Shown: positions 1-8,563, numbered from the stretch's first letter. The stretch: 26,407 nucleotides of DNA from Rhodobiaceae bacterium (GCA_031413455.1 JANOFD010000505.1:1-26407), one strand, 5' to 3'. A program made the numbers and translations. The notes: a model not told the origin generated them from the letters alone.

Positions 1-2
1 GC

Positions 3-284
3 AAGGACCCGTTACCGGCGGAAGCTGCGTCGTATTACACGCTGGCCCCGCTGCCCGAAGAAAACGACACAGATTCGGATGCTGTCGCCGGCGCGGACCC
101 GACGCCGGTTGTGGTCGCGGAGCTACAAACCTCATTACGGGAAATGACGGTTGGGGCGGCCGTGATGCAACTTGACCTTGCGGAAAGCCCGGCGATCGTG
201 TTCAAGAACGCCGCCCATGGCCGTCTCAACGTCGTCTATCGTCGGCGGGATGGTCACATCGGCTGGATCGACCCGGCGAATTAA
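3..284 (+). CDS. hpf: Ribosome hibernation promoting factor (long HPF/RaiA), C-terminal part, 5'-truncated by the window edge
   Basis: Manual translation of frame +3: ...VVVAELQTSLREMTVGAAVMQLDLAESPAIVFKNAAHGRLNVVYRRRDGHIGWIDPAN*, the S30AE C-terminal motif. Lies directly upstream of ptsN, the usual hpf-ptsN order. Not in the ORF track. Confidence 0.93.
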   Translation, partial: KDPLPAEAASYYTLAPLPEENDTDSDAVAGADPTPVVVAELQTSLREMTVGAAVMQLDLAESPAIVFKNAAHGRLNVVYRRRDGHIGWIDPAN

Positions 285-360
285 GCGGTCCCGGGCCGGC
301 GCGACGGCGAACGATAAAGCAAGCGCCGTTGCCGCCGCTTAAAAGAAAGCCTCGAGCCCG

Positions 361-390
361 CTGGCCGGAACAAGGCTGGCCGGAACAAGG
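361..390. repeat. Perfect 15-bp tandem duplication (CTGGCCGGAACAAGG x2)
   Basis: Read directly at 361-375 and 376-390, 24 nt upstream of the ptsN start. Confidence 0.9.
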
Positions 391-414
391 ATTGCAGGGT
401 CGGCCGCAGATCAT

Positions 415-879
415 ATGGCGCTATCAGAATTACTCTCCTCAAAAGCTGTCGTCTTTAACCTTCACGCACGGTGCAAGCGTGAGGCGATCGCCGCGCTTGC
501 CGAACGCGCGGCTGCGCTGACCGGCACGGACGCCGAGACAATCCGCGACGCGCTGATGGAGCGCGAACGGCTGGGATCTACGGGCGTCGGGCGCGGCGTT
601 GCGATCCCGCATGGCAAGATCGCGGGGCTGCCGACGATGACCGGGCTCCTCGCAAAGCTTGACGCGGCGATCGATTTCGAGGCTGTCGACGATCAGCCGG
701 TCGATCTGATTTTCGTGCTGCTCGCGCCCGCCGATGCCTCCGCCGCGCATCTCAAAGCGCTGGCGAAAGTCTCGCGCCTTCTGCGCGATGACCGTGTGCG
801 CGAAGCCCTGCGCGGCGCCGAAACGCCGGAGGCGTTGTTCGCCATCGCGGTTGACAGCGAGCGCCCGCACGCGGCTTGA
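415..879 (+). CDS. ptsN: PTS IIA-like nitrogen regulatory protein EIIA(Ntr)
   Basis: 154 aa with RERLGSTGVGRGVAIPHGK (phospho-His motif) and AVDDQPVDLIFVLLAP...HLKALAKVSRLLRD; follows hpf. Confidence 0.97.
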   Translation: MALSELLSSKAVVFNLHARCKREAIAALAERAAALTGTDAETIRDALMERERLGSTGVGRGVAIPHGKIAGLPTMTGLLAKLDAAIDFEAVDDQPVDLIFVLLAPADASAAHLKALAKVSRLLRDDRVREALRGAETPEALFAIAVDSERPHAA

Positions 880-970
880 GGCGAGTTTTTATTGATCGTT
901 GTGCTGACAAAGTGTCGCGTCTGCAGCGCTCAGACTACCAATTTGTATTGACTGACGCTCGAATCCAAGC

Positions 971-1079
971 CGTCACCCCAGGGCGCGCCTCTTCGCGCGA
1001 GCCCTAGGACCACCTCGCAACGCGTTCCGCGCTTTGCCATGGATGCCGGGATCTACCAAGCGGCGGCCCCGGATTGACG
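971..1079. repeat. Degenerate REP/RIME-like intergenic palindromic element
   Basis: Ends CGTCACCCCAGGG and CCCCGGATTGACG are inverted repeats matching at 10 of 13 positions, with an internal GCGCG..CGCGC stem and TGGATGCCGGG. Resembles the CGTCATTCCGGG...CCCGGAATGACG repeats I recall from alphaproteobacterial intergenic regions. Sits between convergent genes. Confidence 0.6.
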
Positions 1080-1115
1080 AAGATGGGTATGAGTTGAATT
1101 TACTGCAAACGAGCC

Positions 1116-1415
1116 TCAATGCACGCTGACCGGATTCATCTCGTGCTGGCGGGCGGCGGCGAAGGCGAGGGCGCGGTCGCCGACGAGGGCGATGCGCTGG
1201 CCGTCGCTTGAGTGTACGGAATAAAGCGTCGTGTCGGCGGGAATGTCGATCACTGCGCCGGTGTCGTCGTCGACGAGGTCGGCGCGCACTTCGCTCGCGA
1301 GAACCGTGCGAACATAGACAAGCTTCTTGCCGCCGAGCGCCGCCAGATCGCGATCGCTCAAGGGACCTTGGGGTCCGCTTTCGGCATGCCGGTTCGACGA
1401 CTTAAGGCTGGCCAT
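1116..1415 (-). CDS. DUF1150 family protein
   Basis: LSDRDLAALGGKKLVYVR...LYSVHSSDGQRIALVGDRALAFAAARQHEMNPVSVH is typical of DUF1150. Start moved to ATG 1415, which follows GGAGG at 9 nt. Confidence 0.85.
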   Translation of the reverse strand: MASLKSSNRHAESGPQGPLSDRDLAALGGKKLVYVRTVLASEVRADLVDDDTGAVIDIPADTTLYSVHSSDGQRIALVGDRALAFAAARQHEMNPVSVH

Positions 1416-1463
1416 TGGCCAAATCCTCCATTCCATGCGTGTCGGACAAGTCCCGCCATGCCA

Positions 1464-1676
1464 TCACCGGCACACTTCGATCCCCGGCACGCGCGGCAGC
1501 ATCCAATCCAGCAAGATCAAATCTGGAGGCTCTTCCTGGACCATCAGCAGCGCCTCTTCGCCGTCCCGCGCTTCGGCAACCCGAAATCCTTCTTTCTCGA
1601 TATTGTAATGCAACAGCGTCGTCAGATGGGCTTCATCTTCCACGATCAACACCAGCGGTTTTCGGGCACCATTCAT
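1464..1676 (-). pseudogene. phoB: Truncated phosphate regulon response regulator PhoB (first 70 aa of the receiver domain only)
   Basis: LVLIVEDEAHLTTLLHYNIEKEGF...PDLILLDWMLPRVPGIEVCR* is PhoB-like and lies immediately after phoU with a GAGG RBS. It stops at TGA 1466-1464, and I found no PhoB continuation in another frame. Confidence 0.85.
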
Positions 1677-1698
1677 AAGAAGCACGCCTCAGCTCGTT

Positions 1699-2418
1699 CT
1701 ATGATTTCGCCACAGCCTGTACCGAAGTGGACGACGTCGTATCGCTCTTCGGCCGCAAGCTGCTCACTTTCAACCCCGTCACGATGTAGTGCACGGTTTC
1801 AGCAATATTGGTCGCATGATCGCCAACGCGTTCGAAGTTCTTGGCAATGAATAGCAAATGGGTCGCGTGGCTGATCTTGCGGGGATCTTCCATCATGTAG
1901 GTCAGCAGCTCGCGAAACAGCGAATTGTAAATCTCATCGATTTCGTCGTCACGGCTCCACACCGTCATCGCGGCGTTGGCATCGCGCCGGGAATACGCAT
2001 CCAACACATTCTTGACCTGCTGAAGCGACAACCGCCCCATGCGGACCAACCCTTGCGTTAGCGCTTGATCCGGTACGTCGCGCGCCACCACAAGTGCGCG
2101 TTTGGCAACATTCTTTGCCAAATCTCCAATCCGCTCCAGATCGGCGGAAATCTTGAGAGCAGCCAGCGTTTCGCGAAGATCGGTCGCCAACGGCTGACGC
2201 TGCGCCAACAACTGAGCCACCTGTTGCTCGATCTGGGTCTCCAGCCGGTCAATTGGAACATCGAGCTGCACGGTACGTTCGGCGATATCCATATCCCGCC
2301 GCGCGATGGACTCAATCGCATTGCCCAATTGTGTCTCGCACATTCCGCCCATCTGCACGATGGCCGTACTCAAGGCCTCGAGCTGATCATGGAAAGACTT
2401 AACAATGTGATCCGCCAT
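1699..2418 (-). CDS. phoU: Phosphate signalling complex protein PhoU
   Basis: MADHIVKSF...RQPLATDLR...DLERIGDLAKNVAKR...DDEID...LLTYMMEDPRKIS...AKNFERVGDHATNIAE. ATG 2418 follows GAGG. Confidence 0.97.
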   Translation of the reverse strand: MADHIVKSFHDQLEALSTAIVQMGGMCETQLGNAIESIARRDMDIAERTVQLDVPIDRLETQIEQQVAQLLAQRQPLATDLRETLAALKISADLERIGDLAKNVAKRALVVARDVPDQALTQGLVRMGRLSLQQVKNVLDAYSRRDANAAMTVWSRDDEIDEIYNSLFRELLTYMMEDPRKISHATHLLFIAKNFERVGDHATNIAETVHYIVTGLKVSSLRPKSDTTSSTSVQAVAKS

Positions 2419-2497
2419 ATCTGCCTCGTCAGTGAAAACAAAACCCAACATTTCCGGACGCCGCCACCCTGCCCCTCGTAGTGTAGCCGTGTCGGTC

Positions 2498-2530
2498 TAA
2501 TGTGACAATTCAGCGAAGGATTTATGACGA
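2498..2530 (-). promoter_or_regulatory. Candidate Pho box (three 11-bp units) upstream of phoU
   Basis: Minus strand reads TCGTCATAAAT / CCTTCGCTGAA / TTGTCACATTA in 11-bp phase against the consensus CTGTCAT-A/T-rich. Units 1 and 3 match well and unit 2 is weak. About 80 bp upstream of the phoU ATG. Confidence 0.5.
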
Positions 2531-5275
2531 GGTCAGAAGGCCTTGTTGCACCGCATCGCCCACACCCATCTCAGTGGCCAATGGAAGGTAGATTGTAAAC
2601 ACAGACCCCTCTCCAACCTGGCTTTCAATGGACAAGCGCCCGCGGTGGCGGTTGATAATATGTTTGACGATCGCAAGCCCCAAGCCCGTTCCGCCAATGG
2701 CACGGCTTCGGCGCGCGTCGACCCGGTAAAATCTCTCTGTCAGGCGCGGAATGTGCTCGCGCGCGATACCTTCGCCATGATCGCGCACGACGAGACAAAC
2801 TGAGGGTGAAGGCCCAGGCTCGCCCGGACCTGCGCGCCGGGTCGCCAATTCGATGGTGATGGAGGTTTGCGGTCTTCCATACTTGATCGCATTGTCAACC
2901 AGGTTTTGTATCACTTGGTAGAGTTCGTCCCGGTCACCTGCAACATTGGGCAAAGACGTAGGCTCAATAATTTCGAGCTGCATGTTCGCCGACACCGCCA
3001 TCGGTTGCAGGGCGTGAACAACCTCCTCGACCAAGTCCCCCACATTGACGCTGCCTGCGGGGCGTACGTGTTCGTTCAGTTCGATCCGGCTGAGCGACAA
3101 CAAATCATCGATGAGGCGCCGCATGCGAGCTGCCTGCTCCGCCATGATCGCCAAAAATCGCTCTTGGGCTTCCGGATCGTCCTTTGCATGGCCGCGCAAC
3201 GTATCGATAAATCCCGTCAGCGACGCCAACGGCGTTCGCAATTCGTGGCTGGCATTGGCAACAAAATCGGCCCGCATCTGTTCGACGCGTTGCGCTTTGG
3301 TCGTATCGTGCAAAACGATCAGCACCGCCTTGATTGTGCGATCTTCGCCTTGGATGGGTGCGATATCGGCCGTAAAATTCTGCTCGGGAGTACCAATGAT
3401 CGGGAATTCCACGCGCTGCGCGCCTCGCCCGGCCAACGTCGACTCCAACGCGCCCAGAACCTGCGGCGCGCGCATGACGCTCGCCAAATGCTTGCGTGGC
3501 TCCGCAACCCCCAGCAATTGCACTAGCACATCATTGGCGGCAACAATTCGTCCGCTGTGGTCAACCAGGATTGCAGCATCGGGCATGCGGCGAACAATCT
3601 CTGTCGCAGAAAAATCACTGGTCACCAGGTTCAGTGGTGCTTGTCCCGCCTTGTCGCCCGGCTGCTGAACAGAAGTGGCAGTCCTTGCAGGCAACGGTTC
3701 GGGAAGGCTGCGAACAAACCCAAGGCGGGCAACCGCAAACGCGCTCACGGCAACGGCAAGGATCAGGCAAAATGTCCACGCTTGCGTCCACGCCGCCAGC
3801 AGCAGCAGCGCGATCCAACACGCGGCGAGCGTCCACTTGATGTCGTCAAAGCGCGTGTTCAGCGCCGACTTCGTACGCCGGCGCTCATCCACGCGCGCAG
3901 TCGCACTGGCCTGAACACGTTCCGGCGCCACCCCGACAGAGGTCGCTTGCGTCTCTTCGCCTTGCACTGACATGCCAAATCCTTCAGCTGCATCGATGCC
4001 AACCTTGCCCCAAGATCGAGCGCCGCGCGGCTCTTCCACATAGAACCACAACATGACAGCGGCTGCGAGTTTCGCAACAACTGCCGCCGCAAACACAATT
4101 TCAAAACCCATACTCTCGGCGAGCTGCCCGCCAACAATGGCCCCAAAGACCTGAACCAGCGACTGCGCCGAATTAACCATCGCAATGCGCATCGGCAAGT
4201 CTTCGCGCGTTCCGAATTCAAGCACCATGTTCTGTGCCGCAATCTGAAATCCGGAATAACCGGCGCCAATTCCAACAAAGCAAAATATGACGCCGCTCTG
4301 ATCCGGTGCAAACGCTAAACCCACCGTTGCACCGGCCCACAATAACAACGCCGGTACAAAAACGGCCTTGAACCCCATCCGGTCGGCGAGCGCGCCCCAG
4401 CCAAGATTTGCAATCGTCTGCGACACAAGCAGCGCCAGTGAAAGCAATCCCAGCGTTTCGCCGGTCAACCCTTGAGTCTGTGCAATGAACAGAATGTAAA
4501 ATGGCAGCGCCAGCGTCCCCAGCGTCGCCAGCGACTGCGCCCAAAAATAAGCAGCGAAACCCCGGTCACGCAGCAGAGCCGGAATATCCCCGATGCGCTC
4601 GCGCACGCCAACCGGTGAACGCACAACAGGCGAAGAGGGCTCGCGCACAAGATACAGAAACGTCAGCCCGAAAGCCGTCAAAACAAAGGCAAGCAGAAAA
4701 GTCGAAGCGTAGCCATTGCCCAGCGCATCATGCTCAACAAGGTAGGTGCCACCAAAATAAGCAACCGCCGACGCCGTCATCCCGCCAAGGAAATTTCTGA
4801 GCCCGATCAACATACCCCGGCGATCCGCCGGTATCGTCTTGGTCAACAAGACATTCCAAAGCACGCCCTGCATGCCCGAAAAAATACCCAGTAGTCCCAG
4901 AAACACCGCAAAGACGTACAGGGTAATTCCCGGTGGCAACAGAAATCCAGCCAGCGCCAGCCCCAGCACGGACAGGCGCATCATCCAGCCGTAGCGCAAG
5001 CCCAAATCGACAATGCGCCGCCGGTGCTCGACCGCAGTCGCGCCGAACACGCTGCTGAAAAAAGAACCAAGATGCTGGGTCGCCAGGATCAAACCGACGA
5101 TGGCGGTGGAGCCTGACAGGGCAAACAGATAGGCGGGGACAAAGGTTGGCGCATTGACAAGGCGAAAGCCGGTCATTGCCAACATGCCGTGCGCAAGTTG
5201 GCTCAGGTAGTTTCGCGTCAGATTTGTGGCAACTTCCTCTTGGAACTGCGCCTCGGCACGGGCTTCGTCATTCAC
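2522..5275 (-). CDS. phoR: MFS transporter (aa ~1-420) fused in frame to a PhoR-like sensor histidine kinase (aa 435-917)
   Basis: One uninterrupted 917-aa frame from GTG 5275. The N-terminal part has about 12 hydrophobic segments, MFS loop motifs (WGALADRMG) and ends in VEEPR. The C-terminal part has 2 TM segments, a PAS domain (MPDAAILVD...LHDTT), the H-box RADFVANASHELRTPL, and NLVDNAIKY, DHGEGI, RLTERFYRVD and GGTGLGLAIVKH. Lies directly upstream of phoU. Confidence 0.88.
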   Translation of the reverse strand: MNDEARAEAQFQEEVATNLTRNYLSQLAHGMLAMTGFRLVNAPTFVPAYLFALSGSTAIVGLILATQHLGSFFSSVFGATAVEHRRRIVDLGLRYGWMMRLSVLGLALAGFLLPPGITLYVFAVFLGLLGIFSGMQGVLWNVLLTKTIPADRRGMLIGLRNFLGGMTASAVAYFGGTYLVEHDALGNGYASTFLLAFVLTAFGLTFLYLVREPSSPVVRSPVGVRERIGDIPALLRDRGFAAYFWAQSLATLGTLALPFYILFIAQTQGLTGETLGLLSLALLVSQTIANLGWGALADRMGFKAVFVPALLLWAGATVGLAFAPDQSGVIFCFVGIGAGYSGFQIAAQNMVLEFGTREDLPMRIAMVNSAQSLVQVFGAIVGGQLAESMGFEIVFAAAVVAKLAAAVMLWFYVEEPRGARSWGKVGIDAAEGFGMSVQGEETQATSVGVAPERVQASATARVDERRRTKSALNTRFDDIKWTLAACWIALLLLAAWTQAWTFCLILAVAVSAFAVARLGFVRSLPEPLPARTATSVQQPGDKAGQAPLNLVTSDFSATEIVRRMPDAAILVDHSGRIVAANDVLVQLLGVAEPRKHLASVMRAPQVLGALESTLAGRGAQRVEFPIIGTPEQNFTADIAPIQGEDRTIKAVLIVLHDTTKAQRVEQMRADFVANASHELRTPLASLTGFIDTLRGHAKDDPEAQERFLAIMAEQAARMRRLIDDLLSLSRIELNEHVRPAGSVNVGDLVEEVVHALQPMAVSANMQLEIIEPTSLPNVAGDRDELYQVIQNLVDNAIKYGRPQTSITIELATRRAGPGEPGPSPSVCLVVRDHGEGIAREHIPRLTERFYRVDARRSRAIGGTGLGLAIVKHIINRHRGRLSIESQVGEGSVFTIYLPLATEMGVGDAVQQGLLTSS

Positions 5276-5299
5276 GGTTTGTCGATCAGTCCTGTAACT

Positions 5300-6160
5300 T
5301 CAAACTCCGTGCGACTTAAACCATGCCAGACCCCGCGCCCATGCGTCTTTTGCGGCAGCCTCGTTGAAGCTGGGCCGGTAGTCCGCCAGGAACCCATGGT
5401 CGGCGCCCGGATAAACCACGATCTCGCTTTTGCTATCGCCAACCGCGGCAAGGGCCGCACGCATGGCATCGATCTGCGAAAGCGCGATGCCTTTATCGAG
5501 TTCACCATAGAGGCCAAGCATACGCCCCTTAAAGCCGGCCGCGACCTCCACCGGATGCTTGGCTTGCGTGTTGCCTTCGCGCCGGACCATTTGCCCGTAC
5601 CAGGCAACGCCCGCCTTCACGTTTGGATTGTGCGCCGTGTAAAGCCAGGTCACGCGTCCGCCCCAGCAAAATCCAGTCACGGCAATGCGTCCGCCATTAC
5701 CGCCATTGCCCGCCACCCATTTGGACGTGGCATCAAGATCGCTCATCACCGTCGCATCGTCGGTCTTTGCCACGATCTCACTTACGAGCTTGGGAATGTC
5801 GGTGTAGGCCGTCGCATCACCTTGCCGGGAATAAAGATAAGGCGCCACCGCCAGATACCCCTGCTTGGCAAACCGCCGGCAGATATCCTTCATCCACTCA
5901 TGCACGCCGAAAATTTCGTGCACCACGATCACGGTCGGCAGATTGACACCGTTGACGGGCATGGCGCGAAATGCAGGAATCTCACCATCGCTAACCGGAA
6001 TCTTGACGTCCCCGCTTACCAAACCACTGTCGTCGGTCACGATCACCGCCGCCGAGACCGGTTGCACCGAGAGCGCGAACCCCGCCGCCAGGCTTGTCAC
6101 CACAATCGTTCGCCTGTCGATGGGCAAACGCAAAGCATCGTCTTTAGAATGGCCCGTCAT
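5300..6160 (-). CDS. Dienelactone hydrolase family protein with a Tat-like N-terminus
   Basis: VVHEIFGVHEW, nucleophile motif GFCWGG, YG..D..I and YPGADHGF (Cys-Asp-His triad). N-terminus IDRRTIVVTSLAAGFALSV. Confidence 0.93.
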   Translation of the reverse strand: MTGHSKDDALRLPIDRRTIVVTSLAAGFALSVQPVSAAVIVTDDSGLVSGDVKIPVSDGEIPAFRAMPVNGVNLPTVIVVHEIFGVHEWMKDICRRFAKQGYLAVAPYLYSRQGDATAYTDIPKLVSEIVAKTDDATVMSDLDATSKWVAGNGGNGGRIAVTGFCWGGRVTWLYTAHNPNVKAGVAWYGQMVRREGNTQAKHPVEVAAGFKGRMLGLYGELDKGIALSQIDAMRAALAAVGDSKSEIVVYPGADHGFLADYRPSFNEAAAKDAWARGLAWFKSHGV

Positions 6161-6178
6161 GACAAAAATCACTCCCTT

Positions 6179-6880
6179 CTAGCGAACCCGCCGCACAGAT
6201 TCAGTCCGGTCGTTAAAACCAAAGGCCCACAAATTTGTCTGCGTGCGGTCGATAGTCACGCAAAACCCGCGATAGTTTGGCCGGTCACATAATTGCCAAA
6301 CGCCGCCCTGCACCACCACACTCGACGCAATATTTCCAAATTCGTCTGCGTTGAGGTTTGGGATGTCACTGGAATAGTTTCGCGACCGGCCGCCAAAGTT
6401 GGTGTTCTTGTAAAGAATAATCCTGCCCGGCCCATGATTGGACCCTAGTTCCCGCCGGCACTGGAGCATCCCATCGCTATTGGCGATATCACCCCGGCAA
6501 GACCGGAAGCCATTCAGTTCCGTATAGCGCCAGCGCCCGTTGCGATCCTGGCATTCGGCCGTCAGTGTTCCCCGTTCTGCATGCTCATCGCGGCATGTGC
6601 GCTGATAGCTTCCGGCTGGCAAGTCATCTTCGTCATCGCGCCAATCGCTTTGGCATTCCAGTTGGCCATTGTTATTGATGATGTCCCCATCGCAATCGTC
6701 ATAGTTGTCGAGTGATGTATCCCTCCATCGTCCATAGGGCGTCCTGCAAGTAGCCCACAGCGTATTCGCGCTGGCATCGATATCGCGGCATGATCGCTGA
6801 TAACTTCCCGGCGGCGCAGCCTCGGCCAAGGCGGGGCCTGTCACAAACAAGATTGCAAAAGCCGCTAAAATGAACCTCAT
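6179..6880 (-). CDS. Secreted protein with two Cys-rich CVNH-like repeats and a C-terminal beta/gamma-crystallin domain
   Basis: Signal peptide; two 54-aa repeats (PxGSYQRxCRD...C...GRWR...C.GDI.N..G.L.C) at aa 23-76 and 88-141; then LYKNTNFGGRS...GNIASS...WQLCDRPNYRGFC...NDRTES. Confidence 0.8.
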   Translation of the reverse strand: MRFILAAFAILFVTGPALAEAAPPGSYQRSCRDIDASANTLWATCRTPYGRWRDTSLDNYDDCDGDIINNNGQLECQSDWRDDEDDLPAGSYQRTCRDEHAERGTLTAECQDRNGRWRYTELNGFRSCRGDIANSDGMLQCRRELGSNHGPGRIILYKNTNFGGRSRNYSSDIPNLNADEFGNIASSVVVQGGVWQLCDRPNYRGFCVTIDRTQTNLWAFGFNDRTESVRRVR

Positions 6881-7023
6881 GAAATCACCCGATACTGACT
6901 GGCCGCAGAACCTGCGGAACCCATCACCGAATTACGGCTGAAATGCGTCGCCTTGGCAAGGGCATGCCTTAAGCTCGCCGCGATTTCTTGAGAAATCTGC
7001 GCTTCAATGTTCAACGGGCACTC

Positions 7024-7521
7024 ATGAAACTCCCCATTCTCGCCATGTGTTTGCTGGTGGCTGTCGCAGGACTTGCAACCGCCACTGCCGGCCAGACTAC
7101 GGCCAACCTCATCATCGTCGAAAAAGCCAAGCGGGTTCTGTCCTTGTACAACGGCAAGAATCTCATCAAGACCTACCGCATCGCCCTCGGCGGAAACCCG
7201 CTAGGTCACAAAGAGCAGGAGGGCGACTCGCGCACGCCCGAAGGCCGCTACATCATCGATGCCAAAAATCCATGGTCCAGCTTTCACCTGTCACTGCGCA
7301 TTTCGTATCCCAACAGGCGGGACCAGGCCGCAGCCCGGCGTCGCGGGGTTTCCCCGGGCGGCGCAATCATGATCCATGGCACGCCCGGCTCACTTGCAAC
7401 ACTGACCGCCGCAGGCTTTTATCCCGATTGGACGGCGGGCTGCATTGCGGTGACAAACAAGGACATCGAAGAAATCTACGCCAAAATTCGCAATGGCACG
7501 CCAATTGTAATCAAGCCATAA
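7024..7521 (+). CDS. L,D-transpeptidase (YkuD) family protein, YafK/DpaA-like
   Basis: Signal peptide, [21 protein letters not shown], and catalytic IHG...[11 protein letters not shown] 7024 chosen over the upstream TTG. Confidence 0.9.
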   Translation: MKLPILAMCLLVAVAGLATATAGQTTANLIIVEKAKRVLSLYNGKNLIKTYRIALGGNPLGHKEQEGDSRTPEGRYIIDAKNPWSSFHLSLRISYPNRRDQAAARRRGVSPGGAIMIHGTPGSLATLTAAGFYPDWTAGCIAVTNKDIEEIYAKIRNGTPIVIKP

Positions 7522-7564
7522 GCCAGTATGCTGCGCTGCCACATCCAAGCGGGTACACTCTTCA

Positions 7565-8563
7565 ATGACCACAGCGACCATCAGCGCCAGCCCAAAGCCA
7601 CCAACACGCACGTCCAAGCAAGCACACACTCGCTGGAGCCAGGCGTCCGCCCGCGCACTGTTTGAGCTACCTTTCGCCGATTTGATTTTCCGGGCCCAAA
7701 GCGTTCATCGCCTGCACTTCGATGCCAACGAAGTTCAAATGTCGACCTTGCTGTCGATCAAGACCGGCGGTTGCCCTGAAGATTGCGGCTATTGCAGCCA
7801 GTCAGCCCACTTCGACACCGGCCTCAAGGCTTCAAAACTCATGGCCCTGGACGAAGTCAAACAAGCAGCGGCCCAAGCCAAAGCAGGCGGCGCATCGCGC
7901 TTCTGCATGGGAGCCGCCTGGCGTGAACCCAAGGATCGCGACATCGACGTGCTGTGTGACATGGTCCGTGAAGTGAAGGCTTTGGGCATGGAAACCTGCA
8001 TGACCCTGGGCATGTTGTCAGCGCCTCAGGCTCAGCGCCTCGCCGACGCGGGCCTAGAGTACTACAACCACAACATCGACACCGGACCCGAATATTACGA
8101 GAAAGTGGTGTCCACACGCTCCATGCAGGACCGCCTCGATACCTTGGGCCACGTTCGCGACGCCGGCATGGCCGTCTGCAGTGGCGGCATTGTCGGCATG
8201 GGTGAAGCGAGAGAAGATCGCATCGGCATGCTTGTCACTCTGGCCAGCCTGCCAGCACCGCCGGAGTCAGTGCCCATCAACGCACTGATGCAGATCAAAG
8301 GCACGCCGCTCGGCGAATGCGCTCCAATCGAAGGCTTCGAATTTGTCCGCACCATTGCGGCAGCCCGCATCATGATGCCAACATCCGTCGTCCGATTGTC
8401 CGCCGGGCGCGAAAGCATGAGCGAAGAGCTACAGGCCCTGTGCTTCCTCGCCGGCGCCAATTCCATCTTCATTGGCCCAAAGCTGCTGACGACAGCAAAT
8501 CCCGCCAAGGAAAAGGACGACGCGCTGTGGTCCAAGCTCGGCATCCGTCCGATGGCAATCTGA
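7565..8563 (+). CDS. bioB: Biotin synthase
   Basis: [17 protein letters not shown] (radical SAM CxxxCxxC), [37 protein letters not shown]. Confidence 0.98.
   Translation: MTTATISASPKPPTRTSKQAHTRWSQASARALFELPFADLIFRAQSVHRLHFDANEVQMSTLLSIKTGGCPEDCGYCSQSAHFDTGLKASKLMALDEVKQAAAQAKAGGASRFCMGAAWREPKDRDIDVLCDMVREVKALGMETCMTLGMLSAPQAQRLADAGLEYYNHNIDTGPEYYEKVVSTRSMQDRLDTLGHVRDAGMAVCSGGIVGMGEAREDRIGMLVTLASLPAPPESVPINALMQIKGTPLGECAPIEGFEFVRTIAAARIMMPTSVVRLSAGRESMSEELQALCFLAGANSIFIGPKLLTTANPAKEKDDALWSKLGIRPMAI

Noticed and set aside
5189-6292. 367-aa plus-strand ORF
   Set aside because: Antisense shadow of the dienelactone hydrolase gene, with no recognisable motifs and an Arg/His-rich composition typical of GC-rich reverse frames.
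6953-6968. TGGCA...TGC resembling a sigma54 promoter
   Set aside because: The GG-to-GC spacing is 9 nt, not the required 10.
7554-7567. TACACT five nt before the bioB ATG, suggesting a leaderless mRNA
   Set aside because: No supporting -35 element, and one hexamer is too weak. No biotin-regulator operator was recognised either.
7565-8563. bioB without bioF, bioD or bioA nearby
   Set aside because: A stand-alone bioB is common in alphaproteobacteria.
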